A stretch of DNA of 62,457 nt, counting the filler, from Hausera hauseri (Eukaryota): the NCBI GenBank assembly GCA_046269625.1. It is 9 parts of 9 records of this genome, joined end to end, with 100 filler letters (N's around TTAATTAATTAA, not from the genome) between each part and the next. Parts side by side here need not be neighbours in the genome. Positions count along the whole stretch, not along the records: positions 1 to 13,066 come from JBJURY010906866.1; positions 13,167 to 17,713 come from JBJURY010532787.1; 7 more parts are not named here. The stretch is one strand, 5' to 3'. Shown here in pieces: positions 1 through 14,209 of this stretch. The notes under the pieces were generated by a model. The model saw only the letters and a program-made list of their open reading frames with translations. It was not told where the DNA came from and ran no database searches. Within the stretch, counting starts at the first letter, position 1; each line of letters opens with the position of its first letter. A program made the position numbers and the translations under genes.

Positions 1-74
1 GAGACATAGCAGACACTAGTCACTGCACTAAACGTGAGTGCACTATGTGAAATGACTTTTCACTCATAAATTCC

Positions 75-415
75 AAACATTTAGCCAAATATTAGATGTA
101 TATAGATGGACAAAACACAATTAGTTAAATATTAGATGGATGGACAAAACACAATTAGCTTCCAAATATTAGATGGACAAAACACAAATACCTAAATATT
201 AGATGGATGGACAAAACACAAATATTTGATGGATGGACAAAACACAATTAGCTAAATATTAGAAGGATGGACAAAACACCTGGATATAGATGGACAAAAC
301 ACAATTAGCTAAATATTAGATGGATGGACAAAACACAATTAGCTAAATATTAGATGGGTACTTATTAGATCGACAAAACACAATTAGATGGACAAAAGAT
401 CAAAACACAAATATT
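75..415. repeat. Degenerate minisatellite, ~34-bp unit (ATTAGATGGATGGACAAAACACAATTAGCTAAAT), about 10 copies
   Basis: GGACAAAACACAA and AAATATTAGATGG recur at roughly 30-35 bp spacing with indels. Confidence 0.9.
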
Positions 416-1437
416 TCATTTAATATGTAGTTTATTTTTTTTGCATTATTTTGTGTACGGTAGCACTGAAAAAATTATTTATTACGGACTTAACCGCTGT
501 AAATTACATTCTATAATACTATTTTTCTGCTATAGTCAAAATCTTAGAAATTCATAAATTCATTACTAGCATAAGCAATGAAATTAACACCCAAAAGCTT
601 ATTTTCATTAAATAATTTTACGTACATGAAAAATAGATGTTAAATAATATTAAAAATAATTTATATAAAAATATTTTCTCAAGTGGTTTTCGTTAAAAAA
701 TTAGTGAAAAGTGAAATTTTCTGTTTCTACTGGCAAATTTGGCAGTAGTAAATTTCTAATATAGATTTTTGGACCTTAATTCGAAGGTGTATTGTAACGT
801 AACCATGAAACTTTCCAACCAAAAATTTTTATGGGCGATAGAGGAAGATTTGAGCTATCAGATGCAAATGTTTTCACCAAGTTAGCATGTTCAGAAATGT
901 ATAAAAAATAATTAAAAAAAATACACGATTTTTACCAATTTCTTGTGAAATCAAAAAATTAAAATTTTGCAATATGATCTACAATTGTAAATATCAATAG
1001 TATAAATTTTATACTTAAAAACCCCCAAAATAATCTTATTAAGTGAAATTCATGCATATAAATATTTCGAATTAACGATGTTCTCTAAAATAAATTTCAA
1101 ATTACCAAGTTCACAACAACACAAATGTATTCATGTCAGTTACACAATTTTTCTAAATTTCGAAGAATCGCGGTTTTCCTGTATAAATAATCGAAAAAGT
1201 CCAGGTCATGAAATCAGCTGATATATAAGGTGCAATATTTTATTCAATCACTCTACCTGATATTTCAAAAAGACCACAACAAAAAGTGAAAGGAAAACAA
1301 AAAATTTATATTAATAACCTTGACGTATAAATAAAATAATATTACTAAAAAGAAAACTAATGAAAATAAGTTTATTGGCAGTGGAAACATCTGATGTCGC
1401 TAGGAGAGCACAATCCAAATAAAACAGAAATGCACTG

Positions 1438-1987
1438 TTAAAACCATTGTTCACGAGGGTTCATGGCTATATCAATGATCCTCCAAGCAGCCCAAGGATT
1501 GTATTCGGCGGGATCTCGACAAAGTGCCCAATGGTTCATAACTCTTATACATTTCTCTGGATTGCCTTCAACAACTTTTCCAAGACTGTCTTTCACCAAA
1601 TTGATTTGTTGACTCTCGAATCCTATCAGTATCATCGGACCTTGTTCCATCATACTGCCAGTAACCACATCAACGTTGTGTACATCGAGTACTCGAGATT
1701 CAAATCTGTAATTGAGTTTTTTGGCTTCGACAATCGGAGTTGTGAGTATGTTGTAAACAGCTTCATGACACCAATCTTTCAAAATCACTGTATCACCGCG
1801 TACGATGGCCTATAACGTGTACAACGACCGTCAGCGACGAAATCATCAAATAAAAATGGCACCTCCAACACATTCGGTATGAGTTCGAATTGACAAAATT
1901 TGTTAAACGATTCCAAAGTAAATGAGGAGTCCATTTTTAAAATTTCCTCTAAAACAGTTTGTAGTTCGTTTTTGCTCACAAATCCCG
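1438..1987 (-). CDS. TIMM44: Mitochondrial import translocase Tim44, last two exons only (1987-1863, 1809-1438; 53-bp intron); 5' exons not found
   Basis: Spliced translation ...ILKMDSSFTLESFNKFCQFELIPNVLE|AIVRGDTVILKDWCHEAVYNIL...MMEQGPMILIGFESQQ...VVEGNPEK...WALCRDPAEYNPWAAWRIIDIA...QWF* matches the Tim44 C-terminal domain; GT..AG intron at 1862-1810. Confidence 0.9.
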
Positions 1988-1989
1988 CT

Positions 1990-2387
1990 GAAAATTGCAA
2001 ATCATACCAGGGCTTGTAAAGGATTTTATCGAAATATGGAAAACATTTTTGGATTTGTAACGATGTTAGAATAACGTTAACAACTTTATTCGATCCTTGA
2101 TGGACGACTTTCGTGCCGGATTTACTCCAAATTCCACGAATTAATATCACTTGTGAAATACATTTTAATGTTAATGCTTGTTCATTTTTCAAAACACATC
2201 GACAACCTTTCTTCATACAATGGATTTTGACGAGAACTGATTTCGATTCGGAAAATGTTCCGTATTCGTTGTTGATTAATTCCTGAATCGTATACCGGTC
2301 CTTCGACCAAAGAATTGAAATATCACTGGAATTCGACGAAACACCAGACATTGGAGAAATGCACAGAATGGTCTTTGTACGCAACAA
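1990..2387 (-). CDS. Unidentified open frame (~130 codons) abutting the Tim44 exon; not Tim44-like
   Basis: Stop-free frame in AT-rich DNA (MSGVSSNSSDISILWSKDRYTIQELIN...); no Tim44 N-terminal similarity recognised. Confidence 0.3.
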
Positions 2388-3415
2388 CAGACAATTACAG
2401 TTGAGTCATAAAAAAACGTGTTTAAAATTCAACTGAAACAAACAAATCAATGTTTCTTCAGTCTGTACGACGTACAAAAATTCTCGCCACCCATCGTCCA
2501 ATCAGATTTGCCGGTGTGTGTCTGTTGACAGTGGCTAGAGATTCAACCGAAGTTGGTTACTAGTTTCCGGAATTTTTGTAGATTTGTCACATTTGTGACA
2601 GATGAAATTGTTGGTAGAAATAAACGTTTGTCTATTGATTTTTATTTGTATAATAATGAAGGCAGCAAATTGTTGGACGAACAAAAATTAATACAAATTT
2701 TGCTTAATTTTTATGTATATATAGTTAAAATATGATATGCACACAAACACATCACTAAAACATCAACATCATATTCAACTGATGGAAATGTATTTTTTAC
2801 AAAATGTCTATTTCCTATTACTATACACATACTAATTAATAATAATTAAAATTTTTATTACATCAATAACATGCTGATTATAGATTTGGCCTATTTCTAT
2901 ACCATAATAAGCAAAAAATTCTGTCTTACAATTCGATGAAGTTTTCATAACTTTTAAAATATTCAACTGCAACGACAAAAAAAACCAGTCCGACTAAATA
3001 CCACGCTACATCAATGAAATCAAAACGTCAAATCCAACAATGCAGTGTGCAGTAGTCACCAATAAACGTGAATGAATCATCAGAATATTTTTCAAAATTT
3101 TCAATCGAAATTTTTAATCAATTGGACATGAAGATCGCCATGTATAAACTGGTGAGTGAGATGAAGTTGACAATTCATGCACACAAACACGCTTCTGTAC
3201 TCACACACACACACAAACAAACAAAAGATAAACTACAGCTTTTGTTGTTACTAAAAATAACACTATTTTTATTGGCTGGGTAATAAAATCAAGCCAGGAT
3301 ATTTTGATGAAAGTTACCGTTATCGATGAGTCATTAAACGTTAAATACGCAGAAAAATTCCCATTACAATTGATGATAAAATTTCTTTTTATCAATGAGA
3401 TTTTTTAATTTTTAC

Positions 3416-3808
<393 letters not shown>

Positions 3809-6524
3809 TCATTTTGAATGAGTCAAAAGACGAAAATCAAAATAATTCCAAACAAGGCTTTTTATATCAATTATCTAATATTAAAATATCATGTACAACA
3901 AATCGATAGATAAATTTCCATGGACTTATTTTTCCCTAATTCATCCGACATGCTAAAATTACGTCGCGTATTAAAACACAACTAATTATCATAATCATCA
4001 AACAAATCAATTTTCAAATCAATTTCATGTCCAATTTCTGAAAATAAAAAATTAAAGCCCATGTTTTCTGTTCTCAATTTTCTTTGTTTTTCAAACATTC
4101 TATAAAACCACTTAACCGATTCATCGTGTATCATGAAACATCGGCGAATAAAACAACGTAAATACAGAGCTGGTTTATATTATGTCTAACAGAAAACCAC
4201 AGAACCAATGGGAATAATAATCTATTGTTTTTTAGACTAAACCAAAAAGAGGAAATTCTACAAATATTTCCCTGTTGAAAAGAAGCCATACAAAGCTATT
4301 GAAGAAATGAATTAGAAATCCAGTGAAATATGAGATTGAACTGAACGGCAATGCTATTATTAAAATTTAAATTGATAGCTGCATCCAGTAAATATATCTG
4401 AAAATTGATTAGTTAATGCATTTCAATGAGCAATAAATAACCTTGTACAAAACAACAACAATTGGATTTCGTTGTCGTGATTCGGTTTATTAAAACTTAA
4501 CAAACAATTCAAATAACCAAATGAAAGAAATGCTGCGGTATCAATTCAACTAAAGTTCAGTGAAATTGTTGTCGGAAGTTTTGTTTTATACATAGTCGAT
4601 ATTCGATTGATGAAAATCAGCCTTTGTGTTAACAACGACAATTACCTGTCTGTTAAGTTAATTGGGACACTAAGTCAAAATTTATTCAATTCAGACTGTG
4701 TGTGTGCGTGCGTTAGTGTGTGTTAGGATTGAAATCTAGCGACCATTTAGACTTTTGATAATTACTTCAGTTACAATGAAAGCAATTGTACAACTAACTC
4801 ATTTGGAAACGGTTAATTGTCGTCAACATTTTTTATATAAATGTAAATTCAAGTTATGTACAAAGTGCAAAATTTCTTCGAGTGTTACGAGCAGTACAAT
4901 ATTTCAGTATTTTTATTTTAATATATTGATTTCAATTTAAACGTAAAATATTTCATGCTCATTACATTTCAGTGTTTCTACGCATATTGTGCGTTATACA
5001 CTGTAAAACCCATGCATATTATTACTAAGTTTTGTCAATTTTTCATGAATTTTTAACAAAACAATTAAAATTCTACGAAATTCAGTATTTCACTCTTATT
5101 TACCATAATATTTTTAAGACAATTAAATTTTTAAAACATTCTTTGTCAGAATTAGTTTTGAATTAAATATATAATTACGTAATTAGCACAATATAGCTTA
5201 TTGAAATCCAATTTTAAAGGGTAAATTTTAATGGCATTCTATGAATATTATGAATAATCCAAATAAAATATTGCCTTTAAACGCCACAGAAATTTATTAC
5301 TGACATGGAGAATAATTTTGGATGACTATGATGATTTTTACGTATTATTTGCGTTGGAAATGTCTTTTACAAATATGAAATAATAAACTGGAATGGAATT
5401 AGTTGATAAAGAACTTTTTTTGTTATTGTAATTTATAGGTTGCGACTTGTCGAGCAGAATAACTAATGGCTGGAATTACATTAAATAACAATTGTGATAT
5501 TTTCTTTGATTTGATTAACGAGTCCGCATTGATATAAATGATATTTATATTTTACCTATAGTACATACATATTACATGTATTGCCTACATACCAATACAT
5601 TACCCATATTACCAATATTTACATATATAATCTCACAGGGAAAAGCAGTAATCACAGGTTCAAAAAACTTAGACTATTATAATATTGTTAAAACTGTAAT
5701 CGAAAGTAAATTGTTATTTATTTAATTTGTGTTAGTCTTTTCTATTTGAGCATAAAACTGAACTAATTTGTAATACTCATGTTGATGAAATTATTAATAC
5801 TATGAGAAAAGGTTAACACTCTTCGTTTAAATCTAAAAAACAATGGCCAAATTTCAAATTTATTTATTTTCATATCCATACATTTCAACAAAATTTTCAA
5901 TAACTTTATAGTTATCTAAAACTTTAACTAATTGTATATTTTATATAATGCAATATGCCAACAATTGAATAATTACCGTTAGTCTAAGACGTTTACAAAA
6001 CACTATTGAAAGATTTTCTTGTTCATATTCCTTTTCAAAGCAATATGTAGAGCGTAAATAACCTAGACCTAAAATGACCTTCACTTCACCGTAAACTACC
6101 TTGACACATTGTGTCAACTGACAGGGTTTTATCCAGAATGTCCATTCTTACATTACTGATATTTTATATTGTTAAATATTCCCACAGACTAACATACGGG
6201 ATGAATTAAAATTAACCAGTCAATAAGTAGCATCAAAATTTTCAGATTGGACTATACACGCTTCTTTTAAAATCACGCTGTAAGTGCATTAGAATTAATG
6301 GAGCTTCTGTTGAAAAATATTAAATTTTGGTAAATAATTGTTGCCGAGAAATATTTTTCAGTCTTTACTTAGTTAATGTAAAGTGATCAATCTTTTTGAG
6401 GACAATAATGCGTAGTAATGAAAATATTGAAAAAATTACACAATTACCATTCACAATTTTAGAAAATACAACTAATGATGTCATAATTAAATAACGAACA
6501 TATTTATTGCACAAACAAACTTAC

Positions 6525-6779
6525 ATGAGGTTCGCTGACTTTAGCTCCAAAAGCTTCTCGAAATAACTTAGACGCTTTTTCAAGGTCATGGACAGCAATT
6601 GCAATGTGATTGAGACGAGTTACTTTCCAATTTTTCGAACTCTAAGTCAATTTAATCCGCTAAACTTTATAATTAAACGATACCATCGAACGATAACATT
6701 TAATACTGTTACCTAACTGAGAAACGCAATTAATGTGGACATACAGATAAAGTCACGTACTAACCAGATTTTTAAACAT
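6525..6779 (-). CDS. MCEE: Methylmalonyl-CoA epimerase, first three exons only; 3' half not found
   Basis: Spliced translation MFKNL|LGNSIKCYRSM|SSKNWKVTRLNHIAIAVHDLEKASKLFREAFGAKVSEPH| matches the MCEE N-terminus (W..RLNH.AIAV.DLEKA...GA.VSE); ends at a GTAAGT donor. Confidence 0.85.
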
Positions 6780-7317
6780 TTTGAACAATTTAATATTAAA
6801 TAATGAATTTCTGAGAAACATAAAAAGCATGTCTGTATTCGCGTGGTGTATGCAATAAAACTGTATATATAGTTTATTAAATTAATTTTTTCAAATTATT
6901 TTCAAAATAAAGTTTTCATAAGATGTAATATGCGACGACAAAACTTTTATTTAACAAACGACAACTTGAATGTAATGTTAATATTAGGAAACATAGTTAT
7001 TGATATATACCATTTATTATGAATTATTGCATTTGGAACATTAACTACAAATCAATTATTTTGTATTAGAGTATTTATCAATAAAAATATTTGCAGTTAA
7101 ATGAAATAGAATATGCCCATCATGATAGAACTAACAATACTTTTATATTTCATAGTGGAGTTTAAAATTTAAAAAAAGAACACAGACAACCAAAAAAAAT
7201 CTATTTAATCATCGTTCAATGTTGAAACGAAAAACTGCTTACATCATCGTATACATAATAAAGAACTAGCACACACACAAATACTAACAAAATGATTCAC
7301 ATATTTACATAAAAAAA

Positions 7318-7673
7318 TCAAAAGGTAGCTACTTGAAAACCAAAAGTCGCATAATACCTAAATGACAATAAATTAAATCATCAAACAGCAACCTACATTT
7401 CTCAATGCCCAAATGCTGTCTCAATAATTCACTAATCTTTAACGAATATTCGGTATTTTTTTTCGGACTGATGCCTTCAATAGACTGCAACGACACAATT
7501 GCACATGGTTCCATCGAGTCACCAAATGCCATGGCGCTATCACCAGAAATGGAGCAAGCCATATAATTTACCGGTTTTCTGATTAATAGCGCTAGTTCTT
7601 TGGAAAATGTAACAGCCAAATCCCTTGGGATTTTCGAATTGGGAACATTTGTAACAATTTGCAACAGCGGCAT
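7318..7673 (-). CDS. MIF: Macrophage migration inhibitory factor family protein (exons 7673-7393, 7357-7318; 35-bp intron)
   Basis: MPLLQIVTNVP...RKPVNYM...MAFGDSMEPCAIVSLQSIEGI...N...ISELLRQHLGIEKCR|YYATFGFQVATF*; N-terminal Pro, KP and SI motifs of MIF; phase-2 intron in the Arg codon. Confidence 0.88.
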
Positions 7674-8943
7674 TTGACTGAATTTACACGTGGTATGAAT
7701 AAGAAAGTTAAACCAATTAGTAAAACAAAATGATTATAAAATATCACGTAATGAAATTTATATGGATATTGAATAATTCTGGAATATCGGGTAATTCCGT
7801 TAAATTGACAACAACGACGCATAATATAGGGTTAACCGTTTTTAATTATTTCTTTTCGATAAATTTATCTAGCATAATTATTTAACGAATATATGTAAGG
7901 TTCCATTGGAAATATATTGGTTTCAAACTTATGAAATTTGGATACATCTATAACGTTAAATCATTAGTCACATTTGCTATAAATAGTAATACACAATTTA
8001 CTGAACAATGTCACAGAATGAAACAAAACTGATATTTGATATAGGATTGTTGTATGACATTATCGATCTCACAGAAACGATGTGAAATTGATTCGGGACG
8101 ATGACGAGGAGTTTGATCGTTTGTACCCCCTCACGAAGAAAGAGTATTGTTGCTCCCGGTTTTCTCAGTTGGTAAGCAACAGTTAGGATTGCCAAAAGAA
8201 ATAAAAATGAAATAAACGCAAATATGACAAATTTATCTCATTTGTATATTCAACCAATTTGGACGGTAACTGCAAATTCCTACATTATCTTTTGCAATGA
8301 ACTTTTGGTACATTAACCCCATTACTCAAAAAATCCTAAATATATGAATTGTAGAATCTTCATTTCAGTAGTTAATTTAGCCAATGGCAATCAACTATTA
8401 TACATTAAATTTGGTTGTTTTATTGATAAAAATAACATGACCGATTCACCCTATGTCATTAAAATTTTCTCCAATAAATGACTTGACAATGAAAATTAAT
8501 TCTTATTTGCTATGGAATAATATTCACAACAGAAATCAATAAATCAATAAACCGGCACAGAAAAATTGATATGAAACATTTACCCCATTTTAATATTTAG
8601 TTGTAAGAGTAATAATTTTGCAATAGCATAAAATAACAATCAGCATTCCATCGTAGCAAAACGAACTTCATTACTTAGCCATCTGTAAACAATGTGTTAT
8701 AAACGAAAGGTCGCAATAGTAAGGTCAGACAAATTCTCAATTTGACCTATCAAATGTCAATATCGCATTAATTTAAGGTAAACAAAGAAAATGACAAAAA
8801 ACTTATAAAAAACGAATGCGTGTAATTTAAACAGTACTATATTGTATCAATTGACGTTATAAAAAATACAAACCGATTTATTCGACAAAAATACAAAGAA
8901 AATCTATATTTGAAAAATATAGATATCTCAACGAGAGAGATGA

Positions 8944-9797
8944 TCAAGCAATCATTTTCAAACAGGGAGCATTTTTGAGCCACTCGTTGACCATCGTCAG
9001 AATACCCCATGAAACGACAGATCTGACACAATTTGCTGGTGCTCCACGATAAATCAACAACATGGACTGTCCGCGTTCTGCGTAGATCTGCCGGAAAATG
9101 AAACGAATCGACGAAAACGGGCCACCGATGATGCTCTGCTGTCGAGTTTTAATGACATTCAACGGGTAAATGATGAGTGCGATGCAAGCACCCAGTAATC
9201 CGCCAACGAGGAAATTGTGGAAATGCATCGATGCGCCGACAGATGAGCGATGCCGATAGACGAATTTATCGCACACGGAGAAATAGACGACATTTCCCAG
9301 AGAGTTTCGCAGAAGGACCGTTAAAAATCCCCGATAAAATTCAGCACCGCCATGCGTTGAATGGAGAACAGCAAGTGTGTTGTGTGTGCCGGAATTTTTC
9401 GTTGTACGATTTATTCTGAAGCAGAGTCTGGACTCGCTCAAATGGCTTGAGAATGGCTTCCAGCATTCCGTCTGCTGTTGAAGATATCATAATCCGAATT
9501 TTGGCTTCGCTGATCCATCATGGCCCTTGTTCGTCCGTATCCACCGAACGTCAGCGATTTCGTCGTGGCTGTCTGCAGCAATGGCGGCAAGAGTCCGCGG
9601 TACAAATTACGCGGCCCTTCACGGAACAATCGGCGTACGGCTTGGTTCCATGAAATATTATCCAATTGCTGAAAGAATATCGTTTTATAGAACGGATACA
9701 TGACACAGATGTTTATCATTGCTGCTGTTCCACCGCACAGAAAATCCCGATATTTCGACGGAATGGCGATTTCGCTCTGTCCGTTCGCTCTGTCTGT
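8944..9797 (-). pseudogene. Mitochondrial carrier, SLC25A51 (MCART)-like, with two frameshifts
   Basis: DFLCGGTAAMINICVMYPFYKTIFFQQL...LYRGLLPPLLQ, then GMLEAILKPFERVQTLLQNK in a second frame, then EFYRGFLTVLLRN...YPLNVIKTRQQS...IYRG...SWGI in a third frame. Three Px[DE]xx[KR]-type carrier repeats. Confidence 0.82.
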
Positions 9798-10500
9798 CTA
9801 ATTTGAAACATTGGGCAATTAGTTCGATCCACTTGATAAATCAATTCCAAACCGACGTAATTGGCTTATGTCACAATGGATTATCCGTTTGAAATTCGAC
9901 TTTGAAATAAATTTGGTAAATGGTTTGTAAAATAATTTTAATTAGTTTGCCATTGACTTTAGATAATTTAAATAATTTTGATACGCAACCAGTGTTTGGA
10001 AGACGTCATTTTCGAATAGACGAATCCGTGAATATTGAAAATACAAGTTTTAGAACTTGTGCATCATAACCTAAACTGATTCAAGAGTCAGAATTTTTTT
10101 TTATTATACTAAAAATCAAATTATTTTGAGGATTACCCAGTATTGTCGGATATTTTTTGATCCACTGTTCTAACTGATAGCCGAACTTTCAAATCCATTA
10201 AATATCATACTGCATGCACTTTATTTTTATTTTTAAACAAATTTCAACAGAATTTAAAGTGGTTATTTCTGATTTATCGAGGAAGAACGACAGTGTATTA
10301 ATGGTTACAAGCTACAAAATGAAGATTAGTAGAAATAAGGCTCATAAAATAGGCAAAGTTGGAGGATTGAAAAACCAATCAGCAAAATTTCCCTATCGGC
10401 ATCAGTTGATTCCGGCAATGGGCTAATCCGTCTCACGAATTTATCTGATCAATAAAATAAGAACGAAATACAAAAATTTTCAAACTGGTTTTATCCAATT

Positions 10501-11169
10501 TCAATTTGTCGATTGATGCAATTTTCCAACAACGAAATCTTCCTCAACAGCAACAATTTTCTCCAATTTCCCCAATAAAATTCCCAACGAAACCCAACCG
10601 CAATTATTCATGGAAACCAACAAATCTTTCATTTTCAATATTTCCTCATCGGAAAACCGATTTTCAATGATTTCCAGAACGTTTTCGCGCAATTCTTTTT
10701 GCTTCTTCTGTTGTTCAATCAACAACGGACAAATCAAATCACGATTTGATTTTCCCTGGCCTAAAAAATCTAATTAAAACGAAACCAATCAAATAAAACG
10801 TTACAAATCAATTTAGCAGAAATTCCTTCATCCACTTTTGCAACACAATCACAAATCGTCTGAAAATCCGAATCAGAAATGGTCAAAATGATGGAGTAAA
10901 CACCATTGTAGATATCTTGGTCATTCAACAAACATAAATGACACGAATTTCTAAATGACAAGGCTGTTGTCGGTACAAAAGCCGTGCTGTAAATAAAAAG
11001 ATTTAGCGACTAAATAACGATAATTGCTAAGAGAAACAATAACAAATTGTTTTACCTTGATTTGTTTTTCAATAAAACGTAAATTATTCCATGATGACGG
11101 TAAATTGTACAAAACAATCGAAATCAAATTGACGTTTTTCTGTAATTTTATATCCCGAAATGATTTCAT
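10501..11169 (-). CDS. Probable short-intron gene of unknown function
   Basis: Three adjacent same-strand ORFs separated by short AT-rich GT..AG-like segments; no family recognised. Confidence 0.35.
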
Positions 11170-13066
11170 TTTTCAGTAAAATTAAAATACGCTTTGGAAA
11201 CAAAGACTTTTATTGAAAATTCGAAACACAAGAAAATTTCAAAATTCGTTGAAATAAGCGGTGTAGATAAACAAATTATTAACGGTTTTCAATGAATCTG
11301 GAAGAATATATAAAAATCTAAATTTGTTCGATGAAATTTAACTGAACATGACCAAATGTACAATAAAATTATTGTATATGTATAGTCAAGAAAGTACCAT
11401 ATTGTCTATTTTAATTAGATTTTATACAGCCAATGAAGGGTAAATAGATCATAAGTTTTCATACATAATTTATGAGCCAAATTTTGATGTTCCTTCCATC
11501 ATTTATTCAGTTTCATGTAACATGTACAAGATGTGAGAAAACATTTCCTTTATTAATATTTACAGCTGTATTTAAAATCATAAAATTGGAGAAAATATAT
11601 TGATAATATGTCGATAAATTCAATGAAAATACTACATAAGGTAAATTACCCACTGCCCGGGTTTCACAAAACTGAATAACTACTATTCGAACAATTTTAA
11701 TTTAAAATGACAGATTTCAATTTAAAATTCTTATTTCAATAATGACTTTTATATTACTGGAATGATACATTATACACAGGAGCGTCCCTATGATTTTTCT
11801 AAATGGGATCTACGTAATATCTACGATTGTAGTACTACGATGTTACACTCTACTTCTTGCATACGCGATTCTACACGTGAAACTTTTGTAAATTTCAAAT
11901 TTACTCAATTTTAATTGATTTACAAAAAGTATAATAGTAATAAATTTTTAAGCGTCACTCCCTTCGGCACGCAATTGATTCTTTACGCAATGTTATCATA
12001 TTCTAACTACTTCTTATTTACAGACGATAAACAGAAATAGTATATTTCTTAGAGTCTATTGTATTTTCTCAATTACAGTAAATATCTGTATGGACTTGAA
12101 TATGACTTGATAAAACCAATTCAATAATTTCCTTGACTTATATGAAATCATGTACATTCTACCCTATGGTACAATTTTAATAAACACTGAAATTATACTG
12201 TCGGTGATAATTAAAATTTAGAATTTATAGTTGAAACAATAAGTGGTTATGATTGTGATAAAACTTTAAAATCAAGGGTTTCGACTTAAATAATTAAATA
12301 ATTATTTGCATGCACTGAATTTAATCAACGGTATAAAAATATCACCATAAACAATATGGATTATTTTAAATGCACGAACATACAGGCTAAGCTGTACTGA
12401 ATATTGATACTTAATTTTCAAAAATTGCAATAATTTGGATAATTAAAACAAAGCACACTGTCCTTAAAATAAAATTTCGATAAATATTTTTAAATTCAAT
12501 GATTATTGAAATATCAATAAAGTAAAATTCTCAAATCCTCAAAACAATCATTTCATGGTAATTTTGATTTAAATGTCCTCAACAATTGCGGAACAATGTC
12601 AATGAACACCTGAAAGAACTAGCCAATAGGATAAAAGTTTTTAGCACACTGGTCAACAGCACCTAACCAAATTGTCTTTTATTCGTATGGTAGAATATTG
12701 ATTTCTAAACTTGATGTTTGTCAACTGTTGAAAGAACTGATTTTTAAACGAAATCAGTAGACGTTGTATGTTATCTTGAAAGATGGAATATATTCCAATT
12801 AAGGATATATTTTCTAAACTTATTATTATTTTATATCTCAGTAGAATACTTCAAGCACAAGATCAAAGTAATTTCATAATCTTTTTGGACTGGAATATTA
12901 CGGATGACTTGTAGGTAAAGGTAATATACAAAACCAGCAATCAGTACCGGTTACGCTAACTGCAACAGAACAGTATATAAGTAATATGAATCTTATTATT
13001 ATTATTATTGTAATTTAATAACAAATAGTTATTGGATGTGTCAGTGGAATTGTTATTGGAATTATC

Positions 13067-13166
13067 NNNNNNNNNNNNNNNNNNNNNNNNNNNNNNNNNN
13101 NNNNNNNNNNTTAATTAATTAANNNNNNNNNNNNNNNNNNNNNNNNNNNNNNNNNNNNNNNNNNNN
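13067..13166. other. Artificial contig spacer N44-TTAATTAATTAA-N44 (repeated at 17714-17813, 22452-22551, 27148-27247, 34893-34992, 39898-39997, 48843-48942, 57829-57928)
   Basis: Identical 100-bp linker with stops in all six frames, eight times. Confidence 0.99.
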
Positions 13167-13194
13167 CACCTCCTTCAATATTAACGAAGCCAAC

Positions 13195-13342
13195 CGAAAA
13201 ATTAGACTTCTGTGGGGAGTAGGGCCACAACGTCTTTGCCAGCAATAAAATGTCTTAAACATTCTTCTTGTTCCGACTTTAATATTTCAATAAGGTTTCT
13301 CAACACAGACTGAATAGCTTCCTTCATTTCATCCGCTGCCAT
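13195..13342 (-). mobile_element. RecQ-like helicase N-terminal fragment, probably from an Academ-type DNA transposon of the fish contig
   Basis: MAADEMKEAIQSVL...LKSEQEECLRHFIAGKDVVALLPT then broken; this is the Q motif leading into motif I (LPTGxGKS). Confidence 0.5.
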
Positions 13343-14209
13343 TGTTAAAAAAAACTACAGACAGATAACTGCGCAGAAAATCGACGTCATTCAAAACTCT
13401 GCCTTCTGTTCGTTGAAGGTAAACTAGAACTAAGCGGAAATATTTATTATTATATTTATTTATGACAGATAAGACATAATATATATATTTTATTAAAATT
13501 CATGGTTAACTCACAAATTTTACAACTAGCTAAAAAGTCTAAGTTTAGAGTTGGTTTAGATAATGGTTACTTATATTTTTTCTTGTATATATCGAGCAAT
13601 TTTACATGATTGTTGAAGGAAATGAACATTATGAACTATTTTAATGATAATAATAATAACATACATCAATCCAAAGAAACAGTATATTTCTATGTGACAT
13701 TATCAACTTTAGCAATAATTACCAAATTATAGATTGTAACAATAAAAAATAAACATGGATCAAAATGAAAATTAAAATTGTAATTACCGTATTGGACTAT
13801 CAAGATTAAATTGGATAAAAATGAAAAATAAAAGCAAAATACTGTTCAGAAAATATGAAATTACAGGAAAAAGAAAGTCATGACAGACTCCTGATCAGAG
13901 GAGGTGTGCAAAATGAGCCGAACTCAAGTCTCTACAAATTGATTCAATTCATCATTACCTCTGTGTTCCAGTACAGGAACAATTACCACTGGTTATTATT
14001 TATGTAATGATTGGGAGGTAGTTATTCTATGTCCAAAAAAAAACATGGATGCTTATCAAGTTTGTTGGGAGCAGTGATGGTTGTAGTGTCTAACAGCTGA
14101 TGGGAGGAATGATCTGCGGTAATGTTCTTTTGTGCATTTAGGTCCATTTTCTCACTGTGCGTGTCACTACTGGTTCCCTGCGTACCAGAGGTTTATACAC
14201 TGGGTGGAG

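Noticed and set aside
75-415. Telomeric repeat (TTAG-containing)
   Set aside because: The unit is ~34 bp and lacks TTAGG/TTAGGG arrays.
1447-1815. 122-aa plus-strand ORF, and similar antisense ORFs over pol and env
   Set aside because: Shadow frames of recognisable genes on the opposite strand.
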